A program made the translations under genes and the position numbers. Below, one piece after another: positions 51,101 through 61,913 of a DNA stretch of 64,000 bases. The stretch comes from Azolla caroliniana (taxonomy: Eukaryota; Plantae; Polypodiophyta), in assembly GCA_043228905.1 (NCBI GenBank), contig JBHGNT010000009.1, positions 930,001 to 994,000 of the forward strand, in the 5' to 3' direction. Position 1 is the first letter of the stretch. Each line of letters opens with the position of its first letter. The notes below the pieces were generated by a model. The model was not told the DNA's origin. It saw nothing but the letters and a program-made list of their open reading frames with translations, and ran no database searches.

Positions 51101-51110
51101 GAAATTTTAA
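14955..51110 (+). CDS. VPS13: VPS13 bridge-like lipid transfer protein, plant VPS13X (At3g50380) type, ~47 exons
   Basis: Spliced Chorein-N start from exons 14955/14967-15072, 15308-15385, 19398-19510, 19578-19683, 19859-19902 and 23700-23771: LLEGFVSQFLADYLSNYIKGIQPEQFRLGLWNG|IAEFENVELRLEAFDYLQLP..|IVGKLKIQVPWTKLG..|AKKAKLAAAELSKLS. Then WWHYVVQSV (29.1 kb), WEPFLEPW (42.4 kb), VAB/SHR-BD region (WDWSGAF, PYRIDNFS, YTWDEP), IQIDNQL (47.6 kb), LGSAGFLGNPMG (48.8 kb), GLVARPVASILE and RIRPPR (50.2 kb), with stop TAA at 51108-51110. All introns traced are GT-AG. Confidence 0.95.
17280..18205 (+). mobile_element. Degenerate RTEX-like LINE RT fragment (VPS13 intron 2); a further piece lies at ~18530-18760
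   Basis: LLYAD-type RT motif, colinear with the 25.6-26.6 kb copy, many stops. Confidence 0.75.
18292..18357 (-). other. tRNA-like Pol III A/B box pair (SINE-like head)
   Basis: A-box-like TAACGTACTGG (18354-18344) and B box GGTTCAAGTCC (18313-18303), spaced as in tRNAs; no intact cloverleaf. Confidence 0.4.
21218..21620 (+). mobile_element. 5'-truncated RTEX-like LINE 3' end with (CTTT)n tail, inserted in a copia LTR
   Basis: Near-identical to 24488-24895 and 27000-27398. Confidence 0.88.
21621..22050 (-). mobile_element. Ty1/copia remnant: RNase H end, PPT and start of 3' LTR
   Basis: Minus strand gives KKQNVVARS.AEAEF, LYCD, HNPVQNDRTKHIEV, QLADILTK. PPT GAGGGGGAG (21668-21660) is followed by TGTTGA. 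Confidence 0.88.
23920..27398 (+). mobile_element. Head-to-tail cluster of four RTEX-like LINE fragments (23920-24135, 24140-24895, 24898-25180 [second family], ~25260-27398)
   Basis: RT motifs GVKQGCPLSPTLF, LLYADD, YTYLGV, LLYGVETWG; C-terminal RTSSHQLQIEVGRY..ERICQL..ESEEHYVCHC; (CTTT)n or (TCTA)n tails. Confidence 0.9.
29725..31095 (-). mobile_element. Degenerate, internally deleted RTEX-like LINE
   Basis: Reverse-complement homology to 25290-27360 (FFTPQNIRNAID.., YTCLGV, 3'UTR). Confidence 0.8.
31237..31977. repeat. Tandem array of 6 x 124 bp (one unit 121 bp), LINE-derived
   Basis: Units start at 31237, 31361, 31485, 31609, 31733 and 31854 and are nearly identical. On the minus strand the array continues the LINE frame of ORF 31917-32471. 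Confidence 0.95.
31978..33133. mobile_element. LINE fragments in divergent orientation: endonuclease end (-, 31978-~32420) joined to an RTEX-like RT/C-terminal piece (+, ~32425-33133)
   Basis: Minus strand IHNG..LTC..GATTVYY..ADHAYL (APE C-terminus); plus strand near-identical to 25915-26670. Confidence 0.75.
35975..37180 (-). mobile_element. Chain of three RTEX-like LINE fragments (35975-36233, 36234-36493, ~36507-37180)
   Basis: Three GAAA-rich (minus-strand CTTT) tails, each followed by the conserved 3'UTR; RT-region remnants at 36640-37180. Confidence 0.85.
37486..37940 (+). mobile_element. Solo LTR (family A), TGTTA...TAATA termini
   Basis: 455 bp, homologous to 13415-13878; TSD GACAC/GGCAC (1 mismatch). 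Confidence 0.85.
40235..40305 (+). mobile_element. Tiny RTEX-like 3'-end fragment at a VPS13 3' splice site
   Basis: AGATGTAATCTCTTGTTTTGCCTGATAGGCCAATTTGGCCCCTTAAAAGACGTTAATGTATCTTTCTTTC matches the family 3' terminus. Confidence 0.85.
49925..49963 (-). mobile_element. ~40-bp RTEX-like 3'-end fragment
   Basis: Reverse complement of ATTTTGGCCTCTTAAAAGACGTTAATATATCTTTCTTTC. Confidence 0.8.
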
Positions 51111-52719
51111 ATTCATCTCTATCCCTTTCATTCTTTTTATTTCCTTGGCTTCTTTGTATTATAACTTGCTATCAAGAAAATCTCTTTTTTTCTTATTCGG
51201 ATGGATATATGGGAGTTGTGTACTACCACAAAACACATACAAACTAGAACTACTTGAGTGCAAGAAATTTCCTTTGTTGAAAGAGTGTAAGAAGAGGGGC
51301 CTACTTAAGAAAACTACAAAGCATCATCGTATGCAGAGCATCCACTAGAAAACAGATTTAAAGTTTAGTGTTTAATGTGATAGGGGCACTAGACTCTTAC
51401 AATGGTAATTCGAAAGGGAATTAGTCCCTTTCATGCCTTTCTTCTAGCACGTAAGATTATGTCATTGTACAAAGGATCCATATTTGCCAACAATAAATAG
51501 CCCTCATAAGGCTCTTAATATAAACGCTTCTCATCTTGAAGATACCAAATCAATTCCTTGAAATGGGGGCTAGTTTGGTAAAGTGCCATGTTAAGTTGGT
51601 GTATACTCTAAAGTACACCTTGCAATTTTAGATATGTATCCAGATATGGACCTTGAAGTAATAAAATAGTATTGTTTTCATCTTTTAAAACCTACTAGTG
51701 AACTAATAAAGCAATTCCATAATTTTCCATCAATGAAAATGTCCTAGAGGTTTCATGAAATTCTAAAAATACTTATTGTTGTTTTAAAATTCCCAAAACC
51801 TTACTTGGTAACTAAGCATGATACTTGTATCCATCAGTGAGTTTGGGCTCTTGTCCATTCCAAGAGCTCACTTGTCCATGCACAATATTATAGGCATTTT
51901 CTTGTTGTGCATATAAAGCTTTTTTACATGTCCTCCTATCTCTATATCAGTGAATTCGCCAACTAAAACTATATCTTTTTGGCTTTGATGTGTCTCTAGG
52001 GTAACTTTGGGCATTTTAGTATTTTGGGTTAGTGCTAGTTTCTTTATAGCACGTAATTCCTCTTTCGAGTATTTAATCCACTCAATATTGAAGCATCATC
52101 TCCTTGTCAATAGAACAATGTGAGCTCTCAATTGTACTATTCCTTTGTAAAATTCTTGAAGAGATCACACATAGTACATGGTGGTATCCAATCGAATAAA
52201 GAGAGGCATGTAGACTTGATAACTCCTTCTCAAGTATTTAATCTTCATTGTGTGCAAAACCAATCCATGTTGAAGCATCCTTCCCCTCTCAACAAAAGAA
52301 TGTGAGCTCTCAATTGTACCGTTCATTCATAAAATTCTTGAACATTGAGAGTCAATACTCAATTCCACACATCGTGCTGAGAAGGTTAAATGGTGGTATC
52401 CAGTTGAATAAAGAGAGGCATGTTGGCTTGATACGATCAAGTATTGAGCACATGAACATTGAAAAATTGTATTATTGAGTAGTTGTCACCACAACATCGT
52501 AATTGTAGTCCTCCCACGTGTTAAACCCTCCATCTCAATGAAATACTTCAAAATGCAAACCTAGAATTGTAATTGCAAACACATGGATTGCAATAATAAA
52601 AATGGACAGGCCATCAAATGTATATCTAAATCCGATAGTGTCACACCTCGCAACCTTCGTCCACAAAATTAAAATGCTATAAAGTTGAATGCCAAGAACC
52701 TTAGGTCATGGAATTATTG

Positions 52720-53070
52720 GTGAAAATTATAAAATTGTGAGTTTCATAATAAATTTTGTAACTTTAAGCCATACATCAATGGACAAGATTGGAACTTGCA
52801 ACATTTTAAGTTATAACTCAATTTACTTATAATCCACTAATCAATTGAGCATTAGAAAGATTGACTCCTAATGGACACACCAAATATCTAAAAATAAAGC
52901 CTTTTCCAACTACCAACCCATTTCCCTCCCTTCTGAATCTCTGCTAGAACAAGAGATGGGTTGAGACTTCTACCGATTAATATGCAATCATGAAGCCAAG
53001 GCAAACCAATCCCAAACATGCACACCCTTCTTAAGATTTGATTATGGATCTATAAAAAACATGAAGGAGT
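52720..53070 (-). mobile_element. Highly degenerate L1-type RT fragment
   Basis: Minus-strand translations DSFMF..N....F.LAS*LHIN..KS and FIFRYLVCPLGVN resemble L1 RT domains 5-7. Confidence 0.55.
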
Positions 53071-53753
53071 CAGTTGCCAAAGCTTATACCACAAGCTGCC
53101 ATTCAGATAGTAGTAATCTCCAATATTTTTAAGTGTCTGATAACATCACCAAAACAAGATGGTATGACATCAACAAACAACAATGGACAACATGGGCAAC
53201 TTTCACGAATTGATCTTGTGAGGATTGTTTCTAAGGTGATTCTGTCATTAATCATCACTTAGGAGAAGACTTATTGTGCTATTAAGAAAAAGATAAGGTG
53301 AGACATGTGTGCTTCAAGACCACCACCACCTCCCCCCAATACAAAGTGACCAACGAACATGATCGTAAGGCGTCCTCGAGTCAAACCACGCAGCAATGAA
53401 ATGATTGAAGTGTAGGTCGAACAAAATCCACAGTTAATTGAAAATTGGGCACATTACAGGAATACATTCATGCTTGCAACACAATAAGGAAATGGGGGGG
53501 GTGGCGGCCTCGTTTCTATTCAACCTCAAGTTCATAAATGTGAAGAACGAGTGAACCTAGGGCTTGGACGGCCAACTCGTTTCGGGAATCTAGGACGATC
53601 AGGAGGGTACATTGAGAATTCTAAACCCTTGGCCTAGGCAGGAGGGTATATTGAGAATTATATGAAACCAGGAGGGGAGGGTACATTGAGAATTCTATAC
53701 ATCCCCTGTTCTTCTTCTTCTTCATCTTCTTCTTCTTCATCTTCCTTGTAGCG

Positions 53754-54305
53754 ATGGGAGCCGAGGAGAGAACGCACTACCAGTCTTTGGGCGTTGCAGA
53801 GGACGCAACATACGCTCAGATCAGAGCCTCTTACCTCTCCTCCCTCTTGTGGCTCCACCCCGACAAGCAGCAGCCCTCGACTGGTCCACCTGACCATGGA
53901 GACAATTACTCTGTTCCTGCATCTTCTTCCCATGCTTTCTTGAGGATTCAGGAGGCTTGGAATGTACTCAAAGACCCCACTAAACGTGCGTCTTACGATC
54001 TTCATCTCGTGTCAAAGTCATGTTCTCGCATTCATGATGGAAACAATGTCATAGAACATGTTTCTCTCAGAGACATGAACATGGAAACATGCCCCTCCAA
54101 TGATGACGATGATGATGATGATGGATTAGATGATATTTTCTATGAATATCCGTGTAGATGTGGTGATGTCTTCAGCATTTCTCAGAAAGAACTTAATGAA
54201 TTAGGGTTTGAAGGAACTTATCGGCATGATCATCAGCCTGGCAGGTCTTTAATCTTGCCTTGCTCTTCATGCTCTCTTCGGATTGAACTTACATTACCAA
54301 TGTAA
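53754..54305 (+). CDS. DPH4: DPH4/DNAJC24: J-domain plus CSL zinc finger, diphthamide biosynthesis, 183 aa, intronless
   Basis: THYQSLGV..HPDK..IQEAWNVLKDP.KR..YD J-domain; YEYPCRCGD and LPCSSCSL CSL finger. Confidence 0.93.
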   Translation: MGAEERTHYQSLGVAEDATYAQIRASYLSSLLWLHPDKQQPSTGPPDHGDNYSVPASSSHAFLRIQEAWNVLKDPTKRASYDLHLVSKSCSRIHDGNNVIEHVSLRDMNMETCPSNDDDDDDDGLDDIFYEYPCRCGDVFSISQKELNELGFEGTYRHDHQPGRSLILPCSSCSLRIELTLPM

Positions 54306-57300
54306 AGAGGAGAAATGTGGCAAGGTTAAATGTTTGGTTCTTTCCTTTTATACTTTCTGGCTCATACATGTTTTTTAACCAGTTAGCAAATTTTGAGAGA
54401 AACGATTGCATTTGTGCATGGAAATGCAATAAAAATGGGGTGGTGATCTTCTCGTAATGGGCTATTATTTCTTACATGGGAAAGAAACTTGTATATATAT
54501 TTCGGTTTGTATTCGGATACAAGTAAATTAACTAAGACAAATAAAACTAATAAGATACTGCAAATTGGAATCATGTCTTCGTTTGTTCATGACACTGTTA
54601 AAATATGAAAAGTTTTCATACAGATTGACATGAAGCCATCTCATTTTGAACCCATTTTCTTGAGCTCAGCGGCCATCCATAAACTTCTGTGTTTGATCAA
54701 AACACGTGACATGACATGCCTTCTTGAGAATACCGAGATACATTCTGAAAAGAAAGGTATGGGTCTTTTCTGAAAAGATTGGTATGTATATCGAACGACA
54801 TGTTTCATTATTAAACTACATATGCTCTTCATCTTCAGAATTGACTGATATGGTGGGGAAAGCCAACTAAGAAATGTCCCGAGTTTCTATGGCAATGTAA
54901 TCATTCGCGTTAACTCCGCATTCCTCAAATGCTTGGATAAGTGAACACGTTTCTCCATAGCTGTAGTTTTTGAATGATGTTTTGCAGTTACGAAATCAGC
55001 TGCAAAACATCATTCAGAAAAGCTAATGACTATCTCAGCAGATGGATTGATTTCAAATCAGAGAGAATCTAACAAGGTGACATTGGTGTTTATTGGTATA
55101 AGACTTTTGTTAACACTAAAATTGAGGTGATCTCAAATAAAACTGTAAATCGTCATCCATATTCATCTGGCTTCATTGCACCATATGTAAACTTTGTCAA
55201 TGTTTTGGATGAAGATCTTCCTAATTGGACATAATATTGAGCTATGTAAATTTTGTAATGTAGCTACCATGCTGTAAGTTGTTGATGGGTTCGTCAGATT
55301 TTACAAATTTCTGTGTTGTCATGACAGTGCACACAATTGATGTGCAAATAAGTGAAAACATTTTCTTTATAGCACTATCTGAATTATAATGTCTCACACC
55401 TGGTGGCCAGCATTGCCATGGCAGTGCAGACAATTGATGTGCAAATAAGTGAAAACATTTTCTTTATAGCTCTATCTGAATTATAATGTCTCATACTGTA
55501 TGAGCTATGTATTGAAGCATATAATGTTGCACACCTTGTGGCCAACGTGTAATAACTATATGATCTGCATATATAAGTACAAGTGATGAAGCAAATTGGA
55601 ATGTGTGTTTTTGCTCTATTTAGCATTGCCAATATAGGATATATCATTCCAATATATATTTTATCTTGTGCATCTATGCTAAATCCTCATTCTAGTGGAT
55701 ACACCCTCTTGAGTGTTTTAAGTGCATTGGTCTTCCAGGTACAGTAAATCCTCTGGTGTGACTTCTATTTCAAGACTCTAAGTGTGCTGTTTTCAAAGTC
55801 TAGTACATCCTCTGTTCTTTAGTAATTTGCTATCCAAGCTATAATCTTTGTTAATCATCTCCTACAAGAATCTATACCACATGGCTTGCATTTTACAATG
55901 CAAATACCTGAAAATCACAATTAAAAGACATGTCGTTAAAAATGAGCTATGTTCAATTCATGTTATAGTTTTGCATTGTTCATTTGCCTTTGGGACAAGG
56001 TGCAGCAATTATCAATCCACTAGAAATTCTTCATTCATGGTAAAAGCATTGCCCACTGCTTTAGACCGCTATAATATGAAAATTTTGTTTGGCAGCTAAG
56101 AATCAATACTTAACTAACATTGGTGCTCCCAATGATTTCGAATGAAAATATTAAATGCAATCTTCATGAAGCTTAGCCCGTGGAGATAATTCAAGTGCAT
56201 CTCATATGGCATATTCCTATAATCACTGTGATAATGTACAGAATAAATTTAAATTATGCATTAATTCTACTGAATCCTCCTTGCTGCCAGCTACATTATT
56301 TAAGTGACAAATAATTTTAAGGATCATTTTTCTTTGGGTAGTCACAACAAATTTCACTCTGAAAAAATAATGTCTCTGGAATTTGAGCTCCCTGCGAATA
56401 TATGAGCTCAATGAAGTCAATTAAGATAACCTCTCTGAAATTAAAGCTCCTCGAGAATATATGAGCTTTGTGAAGATAATGTCTTTTGGAATTTGAGCTC
56501 CATAAGAATATATGAGCTTGATGAATATAAGTCTTCACATCGAATAATCACTTTCAGCCACCCAGTTGCACACAACACCATGTACAACCATGTGAACATA
56601 TAGAGAAAACCATCAAACAACATATTCCTAGTACAATAAGTAAACAACCACAATACACATAATAATGATATCTAATCGTTGAGCATAAACATTAAGAATC
56701 CTGCATAAGCTTACAATCTTAAGAATTCTGCATAGTTCATACGTAAAAGAATATGGCTGAACAAGTTTTACACATAATAAGAATCCTGCATAATTCACAC
56801 GTAAAAGAATATGGCTGAACAGTTTTACACTAGCATTTCATCTTGCATATACATTGCATCTCTCCGTTAAACTACAATTTCCATTAACATTCCAGGTATC
56901 TTTACTGCAGTAACACGATAATCAGTCAAATTTGAGGCAACAAATTGAAAAAAGCGGCAGCACAAAAAAATTCATGACATAAGAAATATACAATGAAATA
57001 TCTCACTTACTTCCTACACCAAAGATATGGCCAGAACAAATAAAATGTCATTTAGTTCGATAATCTTTGGTAGGAAGAATAAAAAGGTGATTTTAGTTCA
57101 ATATACATTACACTTGCATGCTCTCTTGACTTTTTTTAAGAGATATTAGGCGATCGCCATAAGTGTATTGGAAGATGCATCTGTAGTTCTAATAGAAAAG
57201 CTGGACATCATGATGCTCAGCAAATTTGCAGTGATTCTACATTGGGACAAAGTTCGCATTTTAATAGAATGAATAACAATTTTATATTATTAAGAGCTGA

Positions 57301-57391
57301 AGGATATACAAGAATCAATTCACTATAAGAAGCAATGTACCTCTTCAGAGGAGTAAAGCTCCCCAAGCATTGTTCTTCCTCTACAAAGACC

Positions 57392-60300
57392 TTAAGTTGG
57401 ATAGTCAGAATTGATCCCAAAAATTCTTACTCTATGCATGTTTGGAAACTTAGCGATCACAAGGATGAACACAGGTATTGTGTTCAGAAGAAGCCAGGGA
57501 CTTCCATAATTTGTTGTGTGGCAAGCAATCAGATATCTGTCACACATTTTCCAAAACAATTCAGTGAAACTCCATCAAGCATTCAGTTAGTTCAATAAAT
57601 GCCACGTCCAAATCAGAGAAGCTTTTTGCAAATACTTTACATTCTTCTTATTTTTAAGCATGACATACTCATTTTGTTGCACATGACATACTTTTCTATT
57701 TTGCTGTACATTACATGTTTTGTTTTTGCTGTACATCATACATATTACATATTTTTGTTATACATATAATCCCTTTTGTTATTCAGTTGCATCACTTATT
57801 GTAATTGTTTTGTTATACACAATATATTGCTTTGTTCTTCTACATACTTACAAGACCACCGGAAGAACAGTCAGAAACTTCCTGTTGCGGGTTAACTGCC
57901 GCCCATTGTCCATTTGTTCCCACCATGTCAACATGTTGTACATCCCTTGGTCTTCAGCAAATGGAGTGCCCTTTTTCCAGTGAAATGCCCAATATGTTAT
58001 CTGTAAATTAAATTTGAATTCAAAATCAAGTTCTTTCTATCCAGTATATACCTAGAACTAACAATTCATATTCTCAAAAAGGGCTTTAGTGCTTCTATAA
58101 TATGTCAGATGCAAGGAAAAAGTGTATATCCTGACACAGACATGAATGGGTCATATTTAAAAAAGGGTTTCATTTATCTTTATTTTTTCTTGCTCTGTGA
58201 AGGAACAATGTTATCATGCTGTCACAGTGAAAATATAATTTCAGCTTGATCTCAATGAGAATAGGCTATGCACGATGACCCAAAGTTACATGAATTATTT
58301 CTCTTTATTTTGTTTAAAAGGGACTTGACATCTTATTTTTCGCATTTCATGGCAGAAGAAATAACCAACTAGCACTTCCCAAGATCTTGATGGGAAGTGA
58401 TCCAATCTCAAGAAGTAGGAGTATGTATCGGAGTTGAAAAACATTCATAACAAAACATTTTGGATATTTTTAAACTCTTTCCCAATGAACTTAGAGAAAG
58501 AAAGTTGAAAAACATTTTGGATATTTTTAAACTCTTTCCCAATGAACTTAGAGAAAGAAAGCTATAATTAACATCTTTTAAGAGACTAAAATGTTCTATA
58601 AAAAACCAAACAGAAAATTACATATTACAATGTTTTCTCCCATTTGACAACAAAATAAAATAAATATACCTTAAACATAGGATACTACAGAATCTACATA
58701 GCTAAGAACTTAACAATTATAAAATTAAATGGAAAAACTTGTCTTCACAAAATCTATGATATGTATCACTCAAAGACAGAATAAAATAGAATAGAATTGA
58801 TGTTTTATCGTCCATGAGGAGGCCAACTTAGACCTATAGGACCAAATCAACACACCATCTTGTATGTGACTCCTTCCTAAGAAGCAAAATGTTACTACTG
58901 TGCAATAAAATCTATCTATGAGCATTATCTGCAATAGAATCTCTCTATGTGAAATAAGGCACGAACATATGTGCTCAACCTTCTTGGTGGACATTTGAGT
59001 ATCACTTAAAATTATCATACCCATCTAACAAGTCATCATATTTCTTGCAATTTACTATATATCCTGACATTGCAAGAATTAAGAAATATTTGGGTGATGA
59101 TGCCATGATGCTACCTGAACACCTAACTGGTGTGAGCAAGTTCGAGAAGTGTTGAGGATCTTTGAGAGCCAAGGTTCATGTGGGTAGTGAGATATGACTT
59201 CATACATTCTAATACTTTACCTTATATTGGGGCTGATATGCGCAACGTAATATTCCAATTTTGACATTTTAGCATCTTGCCACTTCATCCTTAGTGCCTC
59301 TAGTAATCTATGGTAATGTTCAAATACTTCATAGCATCACTTGAAAGCTCGAAAATATATTTTTCTCTCCATCTCTTAAAACCATTACATAATGTCAAGC
59401 ACCCAGTCAGATGAGACAATCTCATGGGTTAGATACACACTTTTTCACATCAGATGGGTAGGTATAGATAGATATACTATCAATGTTCATGGGAGACAGA
59501 TTAAAAACTATGAGATGGAGCTGAGCATGTACATGATGAGGATTGAACTTGGTTTTACAATGGAACATGTCAGATTCATAAGAGAGAGCCTGACACAACC
59601 GAGCATTACATTGCAAATGCTTAGACTACCATGATGTTTGAGGAAAGTTTGACTGTCTTGTCTTTTCGAAAAATAGTTGGGACGTTCAGATTGTATCATG
59701 GATTAGTAAGCTATGAGATGTTTGGGAATCTCTCTATGAGAGATGAACCCATGTGAGACTCTCCCTATGAAAGGTGGACCGACCCATGAGAGATTTTCTA
59801 AGAGAGATGGACCCACCCATGTAGGCATAGCATTAAGTTCTTTAAAAGAGCTAGCAAATGCAATTGAACTTGTGTATAACAATAATGTCAGGACAAGATA
59901 GAATCATGGAAGAGGCTGAGAAAAGAAGAGGGAAATAAGAAGAGAATGTAATGATATTAGCAAGAAAAAGATTACAAGGACACGTGCAAGACTGCTGTTG
60001 AACCAGAATGTTCATCAATGAAAGCACCTATTTATATACCACGGTTGGACCATGATTACAAGGACACGTGCAAGACTGCTGTTGAACCAGAATGTTCATC
60101 AATGAAAGCACCTATTTATATACCACGGTTGGACCATGATTACAAGGACACGTGCAAGACTGCTGTTGAACCAGAATGTTCATCAATGAAAGCACCTATT
60201 TATATACCACGGTTGGACCATGATTACAAGGACACGTGCAAGACTGCTGTTGAACCAGAATGTTCATCAATGAAAGCACCTATTTATATACCACGGTTGG

Positions 60301-61707
60301 ACCATGATTACAAGGACACGTGCAAGACTGCTGTTGAACCAGAATGTTCATCAATGAAAGCACCTATTTATATACCACGGTTGGACCATGATTACAAGGA
60401 CACGTGCAAGACTGCTGTTGAACCAGAATGTTCATCAATGAAAGCACCTATTTATATACCACGGTTGGACCATGATTACAAGGACACGTGCAAGACTGCT
60501 GTTGAACCAGAATGTTTATCAATGAAAGCACCTATTTATATACCACGGTTGGACCATGATTACAAGGACACGTGCAAGACTGCTGTTGAACCAGAATGTT
60601 CATCAATGAAAGCACCTATTTATATACCATGGTTGGACCATGCTCGCAAACCTTGCATCTATGCATGGTCACCACTTGGCAATCAGACAAGCATGCCATT
60701 GGTTAACAAGTAATATGTATAAAGCAATAACCTATTGGTTAAAGTTTGATATATACTATAAAGGACTTGGGTTGAAGTCTTTTATGACCTCGTGATCGTT
60801 ATGGTATTATACATGCGAGCTATTTTGTAAGCGAAGTGAGATGGATGTTATTCAGTGTTATGGTGTGGTCCAATTGTTGCGTTATTGAGTGGAGTTGTGG
60901 GGTGGCACAATTTCATTTTAGTGCATGGAATAAAATGAGAAAATCCAAAAATTGTTCATATGTTGATAATTGGGGTGAAATCCTCAACATCCTATCTTGT
61001 CATGCTTTTAGAAACAGGTGCTCGGCCCATAGAGGTATTAGCCATGCAAAGGAAATACAAATATATAACAAAAGTCAAGAATATGTTCGATCATGGATTG
61101 CCAAAACAAGCTTGGACCATAGGATGCAATGTACAAAAAATAAATACGAGCAAACTTCATTAGATGGATATAAGCAACCACATAAATTAGCGGTAACCCG
61201 TCTTCATGGTGGTGCATAAAAGATACTATTAAAAAATCATTTTTTTATTCCTAGTCTCTGAGAAGGATCTACACAAAGTTCTCATGATATTTAGCATAGA
61301 AGTGCAATGGATCGCAGAAATCTCGGAGAAAGGCAACAAAACGCCAAGAAACGTAATTGATACTCAGGGAACCGCATCTAAATGAATCATATCCGCATTA
61401 AGAGAGAAGATGGGAGGAGACTTTGATAAACATATTGAAATGCACGGAGAGAGAGAGAGAGCGAGAGAGAGAGAGATCGGTTCCTTACCGCGAAGTGAAT
61501 GAGATGAACGATCGACCAGGCAGAGCCAGGACTGCATCCAAAGAGGGAGAGGACGACAAGCCAGCCAAAGAATATGATAGAGATGTAGGTCGTCCACACG
61601 CCGGGGTACTGGAACCACGATGTGTTCTTGTTCAGATCCGGTGGTGGGTCGGCCTTGACATATTGCAGGCTCCTCAGCGTAGCAGGGGAGACGGGCGGAT
61701 CTGCCAT
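57392..61707 (-). CDS. ORM1: ORM/ORMDL negative regulator of serine palmitoyltransferase, 170 aa; exons 61489-61707, 57852-58000, 57392-57536
   Basis: Spliced protein ..[26 protein letters not shown]|[50 protein letters not shown]|[32 protein letters not shown] introns with consistent phases (219+149+145 nt). Confidence 0.96.
59970..60641. repeat. Tandem array of 8 x 84 bp inside LTR-like sequence in ORM intron 1
   Basis: Unit GATTACAAGGACACGTGCAAGACTGCTGTTGAACCAGAATGTTCATCAATGAAAGCACCTATTTATATACCACGGTTGGACCAT; only two substitutions seen across the copies. Confidence 0.97.
60830..61215 (+). mobile_element. Degenerate RTEX-like LINE fragment, a third divergent family
   Basis: VELWGG..W; [28 protein letters not shown]...LPKQAW resembles the post-RT region of these LINEs. 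Confidence 0.65.
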
Positions 61708-61753
61708 GTCTGACAGGATCGAATGAGGTGGGCGGTGGGGAGGGAGCAGAGTA

Positions 61754-61872
61754 TGGTGGTGGTGGTGGTGGTGGTGATGATGATGATGATGATGATGAGC
61801 TCTCTCTCTCTATCTATCTATCTATCTATCTATATCTCTCTCTGACGTTTTCTAGGGTTTAGCAGGGAGAAC

Positions 61873-61910
<38 letters not shown>
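61754..61910. repeat. Compound microsatellites (GGT)n(GAT)n, (CT)n, (ATCT)n, (AG)n in the ORM 5' region
   Basis: Seen directly. Confidence 0.9.
61853..61860 (-). promoter_or_regulatory. Telo-box (AAACCCTA) upstream of the ORM start codon
   Basis: TAGGGTTT on the plus strand, ~150 bp upstream of the ATG; telo-boxes are common near plant housekeeping-gene starts. Confidence 0.45.

Positions 61911-61913
<3 letters not shown>

Noticed and set aside
54624-54755. Possible extra exon after DPH4 (CAG acceptor, GTATG donor, short open frame)
   Set aside because: No recognisable protein similarity; at most a 3'UTR exon and cannot be supported without RNA data.
60018-60713. 231-aa ORF of 28-aa repeats with a FLAG-like DHDYKD
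   Set aside because: Results from an 84-bp (multiple of 3) stop-free tandem unit in an intron, antisense to ORM. The FLAG similarity is coincidental and there is no vector context.
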